Source: a virus
Lineage: Duplodnaviria > Caudoviricetes
DNA: 54,443 bases
Direction: 5' to 3' (one strand)
IMG/VR virus record: IMGVR_UViG_3300032093_000180
Coordinates: 1 to 54,443 of that record
Of this stretch, positions 18,701 through 26,927 are shown piece by piece. Within the stretch, counting starts at the first letter, position 1. Every line of letters begins with the position of its first letter. The notes beneath the pieces are model-generated. The model did no database searches, was not told the origin of the DNA, and saw nothing but the letters and a program-made list of their open reading frames with translations. The position numbers and the translations under genes were made by a program.

Positions 18701-21464
18701 TTGACAGAGCGGGTACTTCAGATCGCTTCTCTTTCAACTGAGTGCGGAAGGCATCGTTGCTCCAAATCTCAGCCACAAACTCTTGCAGGTTCTTCGCCCC
18801 ATAGGCCCCGTCGATATCCGCTTTGACTTGCTGGAATATCTTGTCCAGTTGCCGGGTGACAGGGTGCGACGGGTTTGCAATGATGTGGGACAACCCCGCA
18901 TGAGACGCCTCATGGATGAGGTCGTAATCGGTCGCATCTTCGGGCAGGTAGATGGTGTTGGTCGCAGGGTCATACATCGCCTGCTCCGCCCCGTACACAA
19001 CCTTCACATCTCCCAGGATGTTGGAGAGTGTTTCAGCAAGGCGTGTCAGACGCGGCTGATCCGCAGATTCAGCAAAGAGCTTCAATGCTCTGGAGAGATC
19101 ACCCCGACGAAGCGCAGCCTCAACCGTAGGGTGGAGTGAAGTGGAGAGTTGAGCAACCTCAGGCGAGGACAGCAGTGCATCCAGATCGGAGTCAAGGATG
19201 GGTATGTAATCCTCATCAACCTGCTCCATCTCACGGATGGCCTTGCGGGCATACTTCCGGGCTTCTGATTTGGTACGGCTCTTCTGTTTGATGCCGTAGT
19301 TCTTCAGTTCCTGTTCGGTCGTCAGTTCTGCTGGAGCCGCCTCCACCTCTTGCCGAATAGCCGCCTTTTGTTCCTGCTGCTTCTCAAGTTTCTTGCGGAA
19401 CTTGGTGGAGCGTTGCTGCTCCTTGGTGTACTGGTTGATCCACTGATCCAGATACGCAACCTGCTCAGGGCTCAGATTGGCGCGTGCCCACTTATCGGCA
19501 TTCTTGGCGTGAACGCCCCCCTGACCACGGAACATCGTGGCTTCTCTCTCGCTGGCAAAATACGCCTCATCGGGCAACGCCTTCATCTTGGCGTTACGGT
19601 ACGCCGTGGGCTGGTACACCAGATCATTGGCAATGTTGCGCAGTGCCGTTTCAGTATCTGCACGGCCAAAGTACGCCTTGGCGTCTTTCTCCTCTGGAGT
19701 CAGCGCCTTCTTGTCCAGCCCCTGGACTTTGGTGATGTCGGCGGCGGTCTTAGGCGGGGCCTTCTTGCGCGTCCGCTTGGGCTTTGTTTCACGTGAAACA
19801 GTGGGTGCCGGGGCCTCGGGTTCAGCAGTGGTTACTGCACCGGGCTGTCCTGCTTCTCTAGCAGGAGGCTGTCCAACATCCGATGCAGCAGGAACCACTC
19901 CATCTGGTTGAGGTGCTCCAACTCCTGCGGGGGCGGCTCCAGCAACGGGCTCGCCAGCCACGCCAACGCCTGCTCCACTTGTTGGTTCGATAGGTTCTGT
20001 AACACTGGGGGCTCCTTCCTCCAGGGGCTTGGCCTGAATCTGCTCCAGTGCGCCTGGGGTTATGGTGGGTACGCTTGTGGCGTCTACCGGCGCTTGCACA
20101 GACGGGGCTTCAGGGGCAGGACGGATCATGCCCTGCTCATCTGGAGTCGCTGTAGCGAAGGCACTCATCTCCGCTTTCTTGGCATCCAGAGTAGCCAACG
20201 CGCCTTGTTTCTCCTTGATGGCGGCATCCAACTCGGCATACGCTTCAGACCCCGGGCGCGACTCATCCATACGCGCCTGAAGGGCGTTTATCTCATCGCG
20301 GGTGTACCTGAAAGCCGTCTCAAGTTCTTCTTGGGAGATGGGGGTATCCATCTTCCCAGAGACCAACGCATCAATACGCCCCTGCAAGGGGGAGGCGCCT
20401 ACCTTCGCCGCAGCCTCTTGCTCGGCCAACGCCTGCTGGGCTTCTTGGGTGTTGGTGAAATCCTTCTTCTCCGTGAAGTACCGGGACACCCCAATCGGCG
20501 CACCAAACAGGCCACCACCCACCGCACCTTTGACGAACGCCTCTTTATACTGCTGGATGTTCTCGGGGGAGAGCAACTCCTGGGTACTACCCGCAAGCTG
20601 CTGCGCGTAGACCTTAATGGCCTCTTGGGCCGATTCGGTCAGACCTTCAGACCCTGCGGTTTTGACCGCCTCTTTGCCGATGGTTTTCCATGCGACAGGA
20701 GCAGCACCGGACTTCTTGGCAAGCTCCTCAATAAGTTTCAGCTTGCCGTATCCACCGAGGGTATCAAGCACTTTGGCAGGCAACACAGAATCCAGAGCGG
20801 CGCTCAGGCCACCCGTCAAGGCAGCGATACCCGACTCAAAGTTGCCAGTCTCTTGATAAATGCCCTCAAAAATCTCAGGCGTGTTCTGCGCGTATGAGCC
20901 AAGGAACACACCACCATACATGCCACGGCGGGCCCCAACCTCAGCGGCTTTCTCCACACCAGCCAAGGCTACGCGAGAGGCGGGGCCAGCAGCCTGCGCA
21001 CTACGAAGCGCAGCCTGACCAGCCAGACGCCCACCAAGAACACCACCCCCAACACCGGGGATGAGTGCAGTGGCAACAGATGGCAACAACTCACCACCTG
21101 TCTCAACCACATACTCCAGCGCCTCGAACGGGCTGCTGACTTCCGTGTATGACTTGTATCTGGTGGGATACTTCTTCTCAAGCTCTGCGCGGCTGGCTTC
21201 GGCCTCACCCATCTGACGGCGGGCGTAGTCCTCAAAGCCCAAGGCGCTGCCAACCATAGCAGGCAGCACATCTCCACCAGCGATACCCAAGTTCCCCATA
21301 GAGCGCATGAAGGCGCGCTTGCCAATTGTGCTGAGACTGGCCTCAGGCTTTGGGAGTTTGAAATCGTACTTCGCTGCCAGTCGCCCAACCAGATCGTCGT
21401 ACTGCTCAGATGTGAGGTTATCTGGGAACTCGACCGGCCCCAGCTTTGGCAGGTTGACAATCAT
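15792..21464 (-). CDS. Large internal virion/ejection protein (1890 aa), polyvalent-protein-like, with HExxH motif
   Basis: Last and largest late gene; Gly/Ala hydrophobic N-region; YDPATNTIYL...LIHEASH...EFVAE zincin-like segment; helical C-terminus. Confidence 0.75.
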   Translation of the reverse strand: MIVNLPKLGPVEFPDNLTSEQYDDLVGRLAAKYDFKLPKPEASLSTIGKRAFMRSMGNLGIAGGDVLPAMVGSALGFEDYARRQMGEAEASRAELEKKYPTRYKSYTEVSSPFEALEYVVETGGELLPSVATALIPGVGGGVLGGRLAGQAALRSAQAAGPASRVALAGVEKAAEVGARRGMYGGVFLGSYAQNTPEIFEGIYQETGNFESGIAALTGGLSAALDSVLPAKVLDTLGGYGKLKLIEELAKKSGAAPVAWKTIGKEAVKTAGSEGLTESAQEAIKVYAQQLAGSTQELLSPENIQQYKEAFVKGAVGGGLFGAPIGVSRYFTEKKDFTNTQEAQQALAEQEAAAKVGASPLQGRIDALVSGKMDTPISQEELETAFRYTRDEINALQARMDESRPGSEAYAELDAAIKEKQGALATLDAKKAEMSAFATATPDEQGMIRPAPEAPSVQAPVDATSVPTITPGALEQIQAKPLEEGAPSVTEPIEPTSGAGVGVAGEPVAGAAPAGVGAPQPDGVVPAASDVGQPPAREAGQPGAVTTAEPEAPAPTVSRETKPKRTRKKAPPKTAADITKVQGLDKKALTPEEKDAKAYFGRADTETALRNIANDLVYQPTAYRNAKMKALPDEAYFASEREATMFRGQGGVHAKNADKWARANLSPEQVAYLDQWINQYTKEQQRSTKFRKKLEKQQEQKAAIRQEVEAAPAELTTEQELKNYGIKQKSRTKSEARKYARKAIREMEQVDEDYIPILDSDLDALLSSPEVAQLSTSLHPTVEAALRRGDLSRALKLFAESADQPRLTRLAETLSNILGDVKVVYGAEQAMYDPATNTIYLPEDATDYDLIHEASHAGLSHIIANPSHPVTRQLDKIFQQVKADIDGAYGAKNLQEFVAEIWSNDAFRTQLKEKRSEVPALSMWDKLMRLMRRAFRLPERTEPTLDQIDRLLDSIVGPPPDSRTGDTLFAQTIHNPGTFQKVLNKTSELTQKHTRMTPEQASRFLSAVEVGGLTLRQGLQKFLNLSAVGEVGERILGRDAVTFADTVNEMAGYRESLIEKLAPLNTRLQKYVQNPEFNKWTKMVHDHTREDINPEAPVSKYANTEKAALHAQFSKDFKTLTPEGQKLYRDLFGSYKQLFKELQDSLYANLVGVHGEGTPERKQALGAYEKVIGMIIAKGIDHYAPLYRQGTYWLEFKNRDGEMERKLYNSQIERTTARNALEQEGATDFDEYMKVEGERARRAPSGTIAAQIIKIMKEGGAEDAAVDKFLALIVSAMPETSILKSFTARKGTLGYEENAATAFSNVTNNLVGQLSRMRYSDKLQGLIDNMGQTAQKLRGIDQQRGAEILQELESRLQFAMDPTVERWARWASGAAFYFNLAGNVSSATINLLQTPMVTFPQLGGTYGFAAAGRALIAATKLYSTSSFSRTVTDINGQKVTENAMLSVENLVNAGKAPQYKALVQRLKDLGFLQTSTARDALGLANDPSGDPSVMKTLGEKTALYSSFMFHHAERMNREVTAIAAYDLEMQRLAKKGVRGEAAQAQAIDKAIRMVEFTHGAGHAESAPSITQQGLGKVLTVFKRFAFTMYYMLFDTIRRSLPVPPDATPEQKELVSAARRQLFGIYAMSALFAGAKGIPLYWIPETVYNAFADDDEDTFDEMLRRYLNEFWFKGPVNYITNLGIADRVGWTDLIYRDQKGDKADASALSQFLENILGAPYAVVNNVFRGQELIAEGQFWRGVETMLPVALKNPMKAYRYADEGALTLRGDLVGEVNGANAAMQVLGFAPADLLTKYEENAYIKGKEDATAGQAKRLLKQYYIALNMGDQERMDAIEDKLFALGDKYPDLGISGSTITKSVKARDAISRDMYQGIEINKRMREELISAAEELF

Positions 21465-21467
21465 GGA

Positions 21468-23453
21468 TTACCCCTGACTGAGAAGGTCAAACACGTTACG
21501 CGCTTGTACGTCACTTTCTGCCTGAGCCCGAGCCCCTTGAGTGGCTTCATTAATATACGCACGGCGCTCCTGTGCATAAAAATATTTGGCTTTATCAGCC
21601 CCATGCTGTTCAGTAAGTCGCTTCATCAAGTCTCGTGCGGCGCGGGAGTTGTCAAAGTCCAGACCAGCTTTGCGCCCCACCTCAAGGATACTGGCTTGAG
21701 CACGTTGCAGGTTTGCAGCAGCACTGAGCCCCCGCAGCCTATCGCTCTCAGCCCCCCGTGCAATTTGGGCACGTTGATTGGCCAAGCTGCCTTGCTGATA
21801 TGCGCCCGTCTGCGCCAACTCCTGACGCTTCAGGACCAGCATCTCCTGCTGACGCTCAAGCTGCTCAATCTGGTTTGCAAACATGCTGGCTTCTTTACGG
21901 TTGTCGGCACGACGGGACAACTCAAACTGTCTCTGAGCCGTCCGCAGCTTCATGTCGTTCTGGTCCATCTCACGGGCCAGTTTGGCGCTTTCAGCCATAG
22001 ACGCGGAGAGAGTCGGTGCAGCCCCAGAAAAACTACCAAGAAGCGTAGCCCCCGGTTTTGAGGCTTCACGAGCCACCTGAAAACCATATTCGGCAAGCGC
22101 CCGACCCAGTGCGCCCTCCTTCACTTCACGGGAACCACCAGTGGATTTCTCCACCATATCTTGGATGGCTTTGATGTCTCCAGCGTCTTTACTCTCAATA
22201 TCTTTGAGGATGCGGGCGTACCTATCCTCTACAGCTTCTCTGGGTAAACCGGCTTGCTCGGCTATCTGGTTGATGCCTTGATGAACCGCAGGGCTCACTT
22301 GGCGTTGCGGTGCAGAACGTGCCCTTGTCGGAGGACGCGGTTGAGCAAGGCGTTTTCGTTCCAGTGTGTCATAACTGCTGTCGCCACCATTAGCAAACGC
22401 CACGATGCCACCGTCGGCAGCGGTAAACACACGCTCTTGATCTTCTGCCGGGAGCGAATCGAACGCATTACCAAGACCTACACGGAGCGACGCCCGCTCG
22501 GCAATCACATCGTCAATCATTGCGACCTGTTGGCGGTCACCCCGACTCAAGGCAGCCAACTTGGACTGCTCCAACTGAGCATCACTGAGCTTATCCAGAG
22601 CGTCATCAACAAAGTAATCGCTGGTTACGCTGCCACCGTCGGCATACTCATCGACCTGACCACCTTCAGCAAACCCCCTGCCAAAACCTGTCATCGCACC
22701 CAAGCCAACACCAAGACCGGCCAATTGACCAAGGACGTTTGGAGGCGGCTGATACAACGTCTGAACACTACCCATCGGGGTGCCGCGCAGGATGTTGGAC
22801 ATGAACTCCAACTGCTGGTACGGGTACTTCTGCTGGTTGAGAAAGTCTTGATAGCCTTGGGTGAGCTTTTGCTGCTCCAGCCCCTGACGCATCGCGCCGT
22901 ACTGCATTTGTAAGCCCTGCGCCCGCCGAGCCTCTTCAGAGCCTTGCTCAAACGCCCGCTGAGAACCCATAGCTTGGATGTCGCCCATCTGGCGCATGAG
23001 GTTGCGGTTGTCTTCTGCCCTCTGGATACCTTCACGATACCCGCCAAATGCCCCCGCACCTGTAGCCCTTGCCTGCTGCTGCGCACCAAGAATACCGGCG
23101 CTGCGCATGGCTTCGCGCTTTTGAACGTCCACCACGTTCTGCATGTAGGGCGACATGTAGCCCTGAACCTGTTTGCCAAACTCCTCTGGGCTTGAAGCAG
23201 TGCGCATGGCCTGCTCTTGCATGGGATCAAACCCGGCAATTCGGTCTTTTGAATATACCTGATACGGGTTTTGGCTGATGTCTGTCAGCGCAGCAGCTTT
23301 GCCAAGCGTCTCTTTGGCATACGGTTTGGCCCACTCTGGGAGGTCTGCAATCTGAGTTTGAGAGGCAGGGGCCGAAGAACCGCCACCGCCACCTCCGCCA
23401 AGGTGTAGAGTAAACCAGTCCGGGTTGAACAACCACTTCCAAAGCTTAAACAT
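21468..23453 (-). CDS. Internal virion/ejection protein (661 aa)
   Basis: Gly7 N-terminal tract, LPEWAKPY, YMSPYMQNVVD, AGAFGG, YQDFLNQQKYPYQQL; Gln/Ala-rich coiled coils. Confidence 0.75.
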   Translation of the reverse strand: MFKLWKWLFNPDWFTLHLGGGGGGGSSAPASQTQIADLPEWAKPYAKETLGKAAALTDISQNPYQVYSKDRIAGFDPMQEQAMRTASSPEEFGKQVQGYMSPYMQNVVDVQKREAMRSAGILGAQQQARATGAGAFGGYREGIQRAEDNRNLMRQMGDIQAMGSQRAFEQGSEEARRAQGLQMQYGAMRQGLEQQKLTQGYQDFLNQQKYPYQQLEFMSNILRGTPMGSVQTLYQPPPNVLGQLAGLGVGLGAMTGFGRGFAEGGQVDEYADGGSVTSDYFVDDALDKLSDAQLEQSKLAALSRGDRQQVAMIDDVIAERASLRVGLGNAFDSLPAEDQERVFTAADGGIVAFANGGDSSYDTLERKRLAQPRPPTRARSAPQRQVSPAVHQGINQIAEQAGLPREAVEDRYARILKDIESKDAGDIKAIQDMVEKSTGGSREVKEGALGRALAEYGFQVAREASKPGATLLGSFSGAAPTLSASMAESAKLAREMDQNDMKLRTAQRQFELSRRADNRKEASMFANQIEQLERQQEMLVLKRQELAQTGAYQQGSLANQRAQIARGAESDRLRGLSAAANLQRAQASILEVGRKAGLDFDNSRAARDLMKRLTEQHGADKAKYFYAQERRAYINEATQGARAQAESDVQARNVFDLLSQG

Positions 23454-23895
23454 TTAGATGCTCCTTGCGGTAGTCGTCAAACCGCTCATAAAACACAGAT
23501 TTCCAGACATCTGGAAGAATCTCTTTGGCTTTCTCTGGGCCAACACAAACATGTACGGCATAAGCCAGGATATTGCCAGCAGCGTACCGCAGACTATGCG
23601 CAATCTCAATCCCGTGCGGGTCTTTGTTTCGTTCAAAAGTATTTGCCGTCTCAAACGAAGACACCACAACCAGCCACATCGGCAAGATGTCGTCTTGGAT
23701 GCTGCGGTAAAACGGGTTGGCCGGAAGATAAACAAGAGCGGTCAGGAAGGCTTGGTTGATGGTGTCGTCAGATACATCCTTGTCCTTGTCCACCATGTCA
23801 TCCCAAGCATGGGACAAAAACACAAACGCCCGAAACATGTTCAGGGCGTCTTGGTTCCCTCCAAACCACTCAAGTTTGCCTTCGTTGATGTTCAT
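23446..23895 (-). CDS. DDxxD-motif helical protein (isoprenoid synthase/prenyltransferase-like)
   Basis: HAWDDMVDKD motif in a predicted helical 149 aa ORF coupled to both neighbours; function inferred. Confidence 0.55.
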   Translation of the reverse strand: MNINEGKLEWFGGNQDALNMFRAFVFLSHAWDDMVDKDKDVSDDTINQAFLTALVYLPANPFYRSIQDDILPMWLVVVSSFETANTFERNKDPHGIEIAHSLRYAAGNILAYAVHVCVGPEKAKEILPDVWKSVFYERFDDYRKEHLNV

Positions 23896-25484
23896 GCTGG
23901 CAGGTATTTATCAGCGCGGGTGTTTTTGGCGACTCGGCCTTTACCAGTCGTTTGACCACGGGCTGCCTGTACACGGTTCATCATGGCGTACAGCTTACGC
24001 GCACCCGCCTCGGTCGAGCCGTTGCCCAATTCAGAGACGATGCGGGCCGGGATCACAAACTCACCGTCTGCAAGACGAGCAGGGCGCTTGTTGCCAATTG
24101 TGGCTGGGATAGAGTCAGATACCCCATCACCAGGGCCGCGCAGCAGCCTGCCGCCGTCAGAGTAGTCGCCAAGGTGGGAGTATCCGCCGCGAGCCATAGC
24201 TGCAAGACCGCCATATGCAAGTCCATCCCCAGCACCAATACCACCACCGCCATCTCCGGCACCAATTGCGCCAGAATCAGAAGTAGAGTCTGCGTTGCCA
24301 AAAGCGGCTCCGATGCCCGCTGCATTTGCCGCCGAGTCTGCGGCATGATCAGACACGCCTTGTGCAGCCGCCGCTTCTGCTGCGCCAAGCGCATTAATTC
24401 CGGGCCCCGCAATAGCATTACCCAAGCCGGTTAAACCCAGATCAGCCAAGCCTTGTCCAAACCCAATCGCCCCCATCCCAAAATCATTGGAACTGGGGCC
24501 CGCAGCCGCCAAATCACCACCCGCGCCGCCAGAATCCATTGTGCGGTCAGAACCCATTCCAGTAGCTGTTGTCGGCTTCGGCGGCTCAACCTTTTTATAT
24601 GACTGCGTCAGCGGGTCGTAGGTGTACTTGTAATCTTCGGGGATGGACTCTTCGCCTTTCATGCCGGGAAAAAAGCCGGAAAGAAGACCACCCTCAGCTG
24701 CCAGACGGGTATATTGAGGCTGGAAATTCATGCGTTCCCCGCGATAGTCCGCAGGGTAAAGAGACTCAGGGTTCTTGACCCGGCCAGGGTTAAACGCAAA
24801 AAGCGCTCTCTGTGAGTCTGATTGAGGGGGTGCTGATTCCGACTCTCCTGCCATGAGCATAGGAGCGGCAGCACCTGCGGCATATTTGAGCAGTCCTTTG
24901 CCGCCACCAATACTTTTCATGAAGGCTTCTCTGCCACCAGTTTCTGTTAAGCCAGTTAGCCCTTTGGCCGCCGTTGAAAATGGGCTCTCTAATGCTGTTT
25001 TTGTGGCTTGGGCAGCGACTTCGTTCATGGCGGCCTGTGATGCACCTTGACCAAGACCAGCAACGGCACCTTGCTGTGCTGCCGCTGTACCCGCACCAAA
25101 CAAACCGCCCCCAAGTCCAGCACCACCATATGCGCCTAGACCGGCCATAAGCCCCTTACCCAAGTCTCCGGTACGCGCCGTTTGAAGTGCGCCAACGCCA
25201 AGGCCGATGGTGGCTGGCATGCCCATCCCGAACAATCCTGCACCTGCGGCAGCGCCAAGTCCCCCGGTGGCAAACATCAAGCCGCCACCAATAATCGCCG
25301 GAAGAAGACTGTCCAAGAACCCAGCCTCAGGCAACCCGGTCTCAGGGTTAATACTTAGGGACCCACCATGTGCCTTGGCAAGCTCTTGGAGGCTGTATAA
25401 CTCGCCCAGCGACATGTGGACAAGCTGAGTGTCTGGGCCTCGGCCTTTGGCGGCAAGGTGCTTGGCGGCGATTTCAAGGCTCAT
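23892..25484 (-). CDS. Internal virion/ejection protein (530 aa)
   Basis: GRGPDTQLVHM, INPETGLPEAG, Gly-rich hydrophobic helices, GPGDGVSDSIPA...RLADGEFVIPA. Confidence 0.72.
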   Translation of the reverse strand: MSLEIAAKHLAAKGRGPDTQLVHMSLGELYSLQELAKAHGGSLSINPETGLPEAGFLDSLLPAIIGGGLMFATGGLGAAAGAGLFGMGMPATIGLGVGALQTARTGDLGKGLMAGLGAYGGAGLGGGLFGAGTAAAQQGAVAGLGQGASQAAMNEVAAQATKTALESPFSTAAKGLTGLTETGGREAFMKSIGGGKGLLKYAAGAAAPMLMAGESESAPPQSDSQRALFAFNPGRVKNPESLYPADYRGERMNFQPQYTRLAAEGGLLSGFFPGMKGEESIPEDYKYTYDPLTQSYKKVEPPKPTTATGMGSDRTMDSGGAGGDLAAAGPSSNDFGMGAIGFGQGLADLGLTGLGNAIAGPGINALGAAEAAAAQGVSDHAADSAANAAGIGAAFGNADSTSDSGAIGAGDGGGGIGAGDGLAYGGLAAMARGGYSHLGDYSDGGRLLRGPGDGVSDSIPATIGNKRPARLADGEFVIPARIVSELGNGSTEAGARKLYAMMNRVQAARGQTTGKGRVAKNTRADKYLPA

Positions 25485-25512
25485 ATTTGCCTCGCGGAAA
25501 AGGGGTTGATCA

Positions 25513-25541
25513 AGTCTATCATGGAGGGTTTATTTGTTCAA
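25513..25541 (-). promoter_or_regulatory. Sigma70-type promoter for the ejection-protein cluster
   Basis: TTGAAC, 17 bp, TAGACT with extended TG on the minus strand. Confidence 0.65.
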
Positions 25542-26927
25542 TTACCGGCTGATCTCTTCCCAGTCCATAGAACCGAGAACCTGATCACCGTTGGATGCAG
25601 CCGTACAGGCCAGCGTCAACTCATAAGCGGTCGGAGTAAAAGGGTCGCGCTCAAGCTGCGAGGCAAACAAAGCCTCTTTCAAAATGTCCACGCTGTTGGA
25701 CCCTTGGTTTGAGCCTTGGAAAAAACCCGTTGCCAAGATGCGTCCGGTGCCGACAGTAAACGCCGTGCCAGTAATGTTGTACTCAACCCCTGAGTTCGTT
25801 CCGGCGCTGACCCAGGTGCCCCCGGTCGTGGTGCCAGACGCCACAACTTCCCATTTGTAATTGGCGTTGTTGGTGATGCCCAAGATTGACACCGCTGTCA
25901 GAATAGCGATTGCATCCAGGCGGGTCGTCTTCAGGCGAAGGGACACAATGGGGTAGAACGTCCCGGCTGTTGTCAGTGTGGTAGGGGCTGTGATTGTGTT
26001 CCCGGCTGATAGCTGTGCGCCGCGCAGTTCATATCCACCCTCAGAGATCACCGTCGAGCAAACCTGTTTAAGGGTGCTGGCCCCGGTCGTTGCAGCCACG
26101 TTGGTCATCTCGTACCGCAGCGGAAGTGAAGCGGTGGTAATGTAGGTCGTGTTGACCAGATTGGCGTGGTCAAAGTTGTGGCACGGAACAAATACACCGT
26201 TGATGATGAATCCTGTACGAACAGTACCAAGGCCCAGCCACTCAACGTCGAGGTACAGAATCTGCGCCTTAGAGGAGTCAAGCGTCAGACCAGACGGCCC
26301 GGTTCCATCCATCGGGTCTTGGTTCCAATCTGCCTGAGCCACACGGGTGTTGACCACCGCTCCCGTCACGCTGCTGCGCTCGACCATGTAGTTAATCGAG
26401 CCTTCACGCTCAAAGTAAATGCCGTTGGCCGCACCGTAGTAGCCAGCCCGCTGGCGAAGCCCGGTTTTGGCTTCCCCAAACACAAAGGTGTTCATCACCA
26501 AAAGGCTCTTACCCGGCTGGTAGGAAAAGACTTTGATGGTCTCGCGGATGATCTGATCCCCGTTGGCCGAGCCAACCGTCATGTTGATCAAGCCCTCGTC
26601 CGCGCTGAATGTGGAAGCTGCGGTGCCGGTGAGGCTGTTGACCCACAGGTTGTTGTCGGCGTAGCGGTGGGATGAGTCAAACAAGGTCAGGGGGTTGCTG
26701 ACCCGCAGCCGCCCAAAGGCGTCAAGGTTGGTGCCGCCAATTGATACCGGGATTGTTTCCATAGAAGCCACCAATTGACCCAGAATGCCATCGAGTCGGT
26801 TGAAATACAGACGCAGAACATCCGCAAATTGATCGTGATACCGCTTCTCGTAGTCGTTTGGCGCGTCTGGCAGCCTGGGTGCGGCAACCCGATTTAATTC
26901 GTAGGTGGAGGTAACGATGAACGTCAT
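25542..26927 (-). CDS. Virion structural protein (tail-associated, beta-rich)
   Basis: N-terminal P.LP.AP..Y...LRLYFN module plus DAFGRLRVSNP domain; follows main tail gene. Confidence 0.65.
   Translation of the reverse strand: MTFIVTSTYELNRVAAPRLPDAPNDYEKRYHDQFADVLRLYFNRLDGILGQLVASMETIPVSIGGTNLDAFGRLRVSNPLTLFDSSHRYADNNLWVNSLTGTAASTFSADEGLINMTVGSANGDQIIRETIKVFSYQPGKSLLVMNTFVFGEAKTGLRQRAGYYGAANGIYFEREGSINYMVERSSVTGAVVNTRVAQADWNQDPMDGTGPSGLTLDSSKAQILYLDVEWLGLGTVRTGFIINGVFVPCHNFDHANLVNTTYITTASLPLRYEMTNVAATTGASTLKQVCSTVISEGGYELRGAQLSAGNTITAPTTLTTAGTFYPIVSLRLKTTRLDAIAILTAVSILGITNNANYKWEVVASGTTTGGTWVSAGTNSGVEYNITGTAFTVGTGRILATGFFQGSNQGSNSVDILKEALFASQLERDPFTPTAYELTLACTAASNGDQVLGSMDWEEISR

Noticed and set aside
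15744-20897. Long plus-strand ORFs (309 aa, 329 aa and others) opposite the 1890-aa gene
   Set aside because: Shadow frames lying across or beyond the plus-strand terminator
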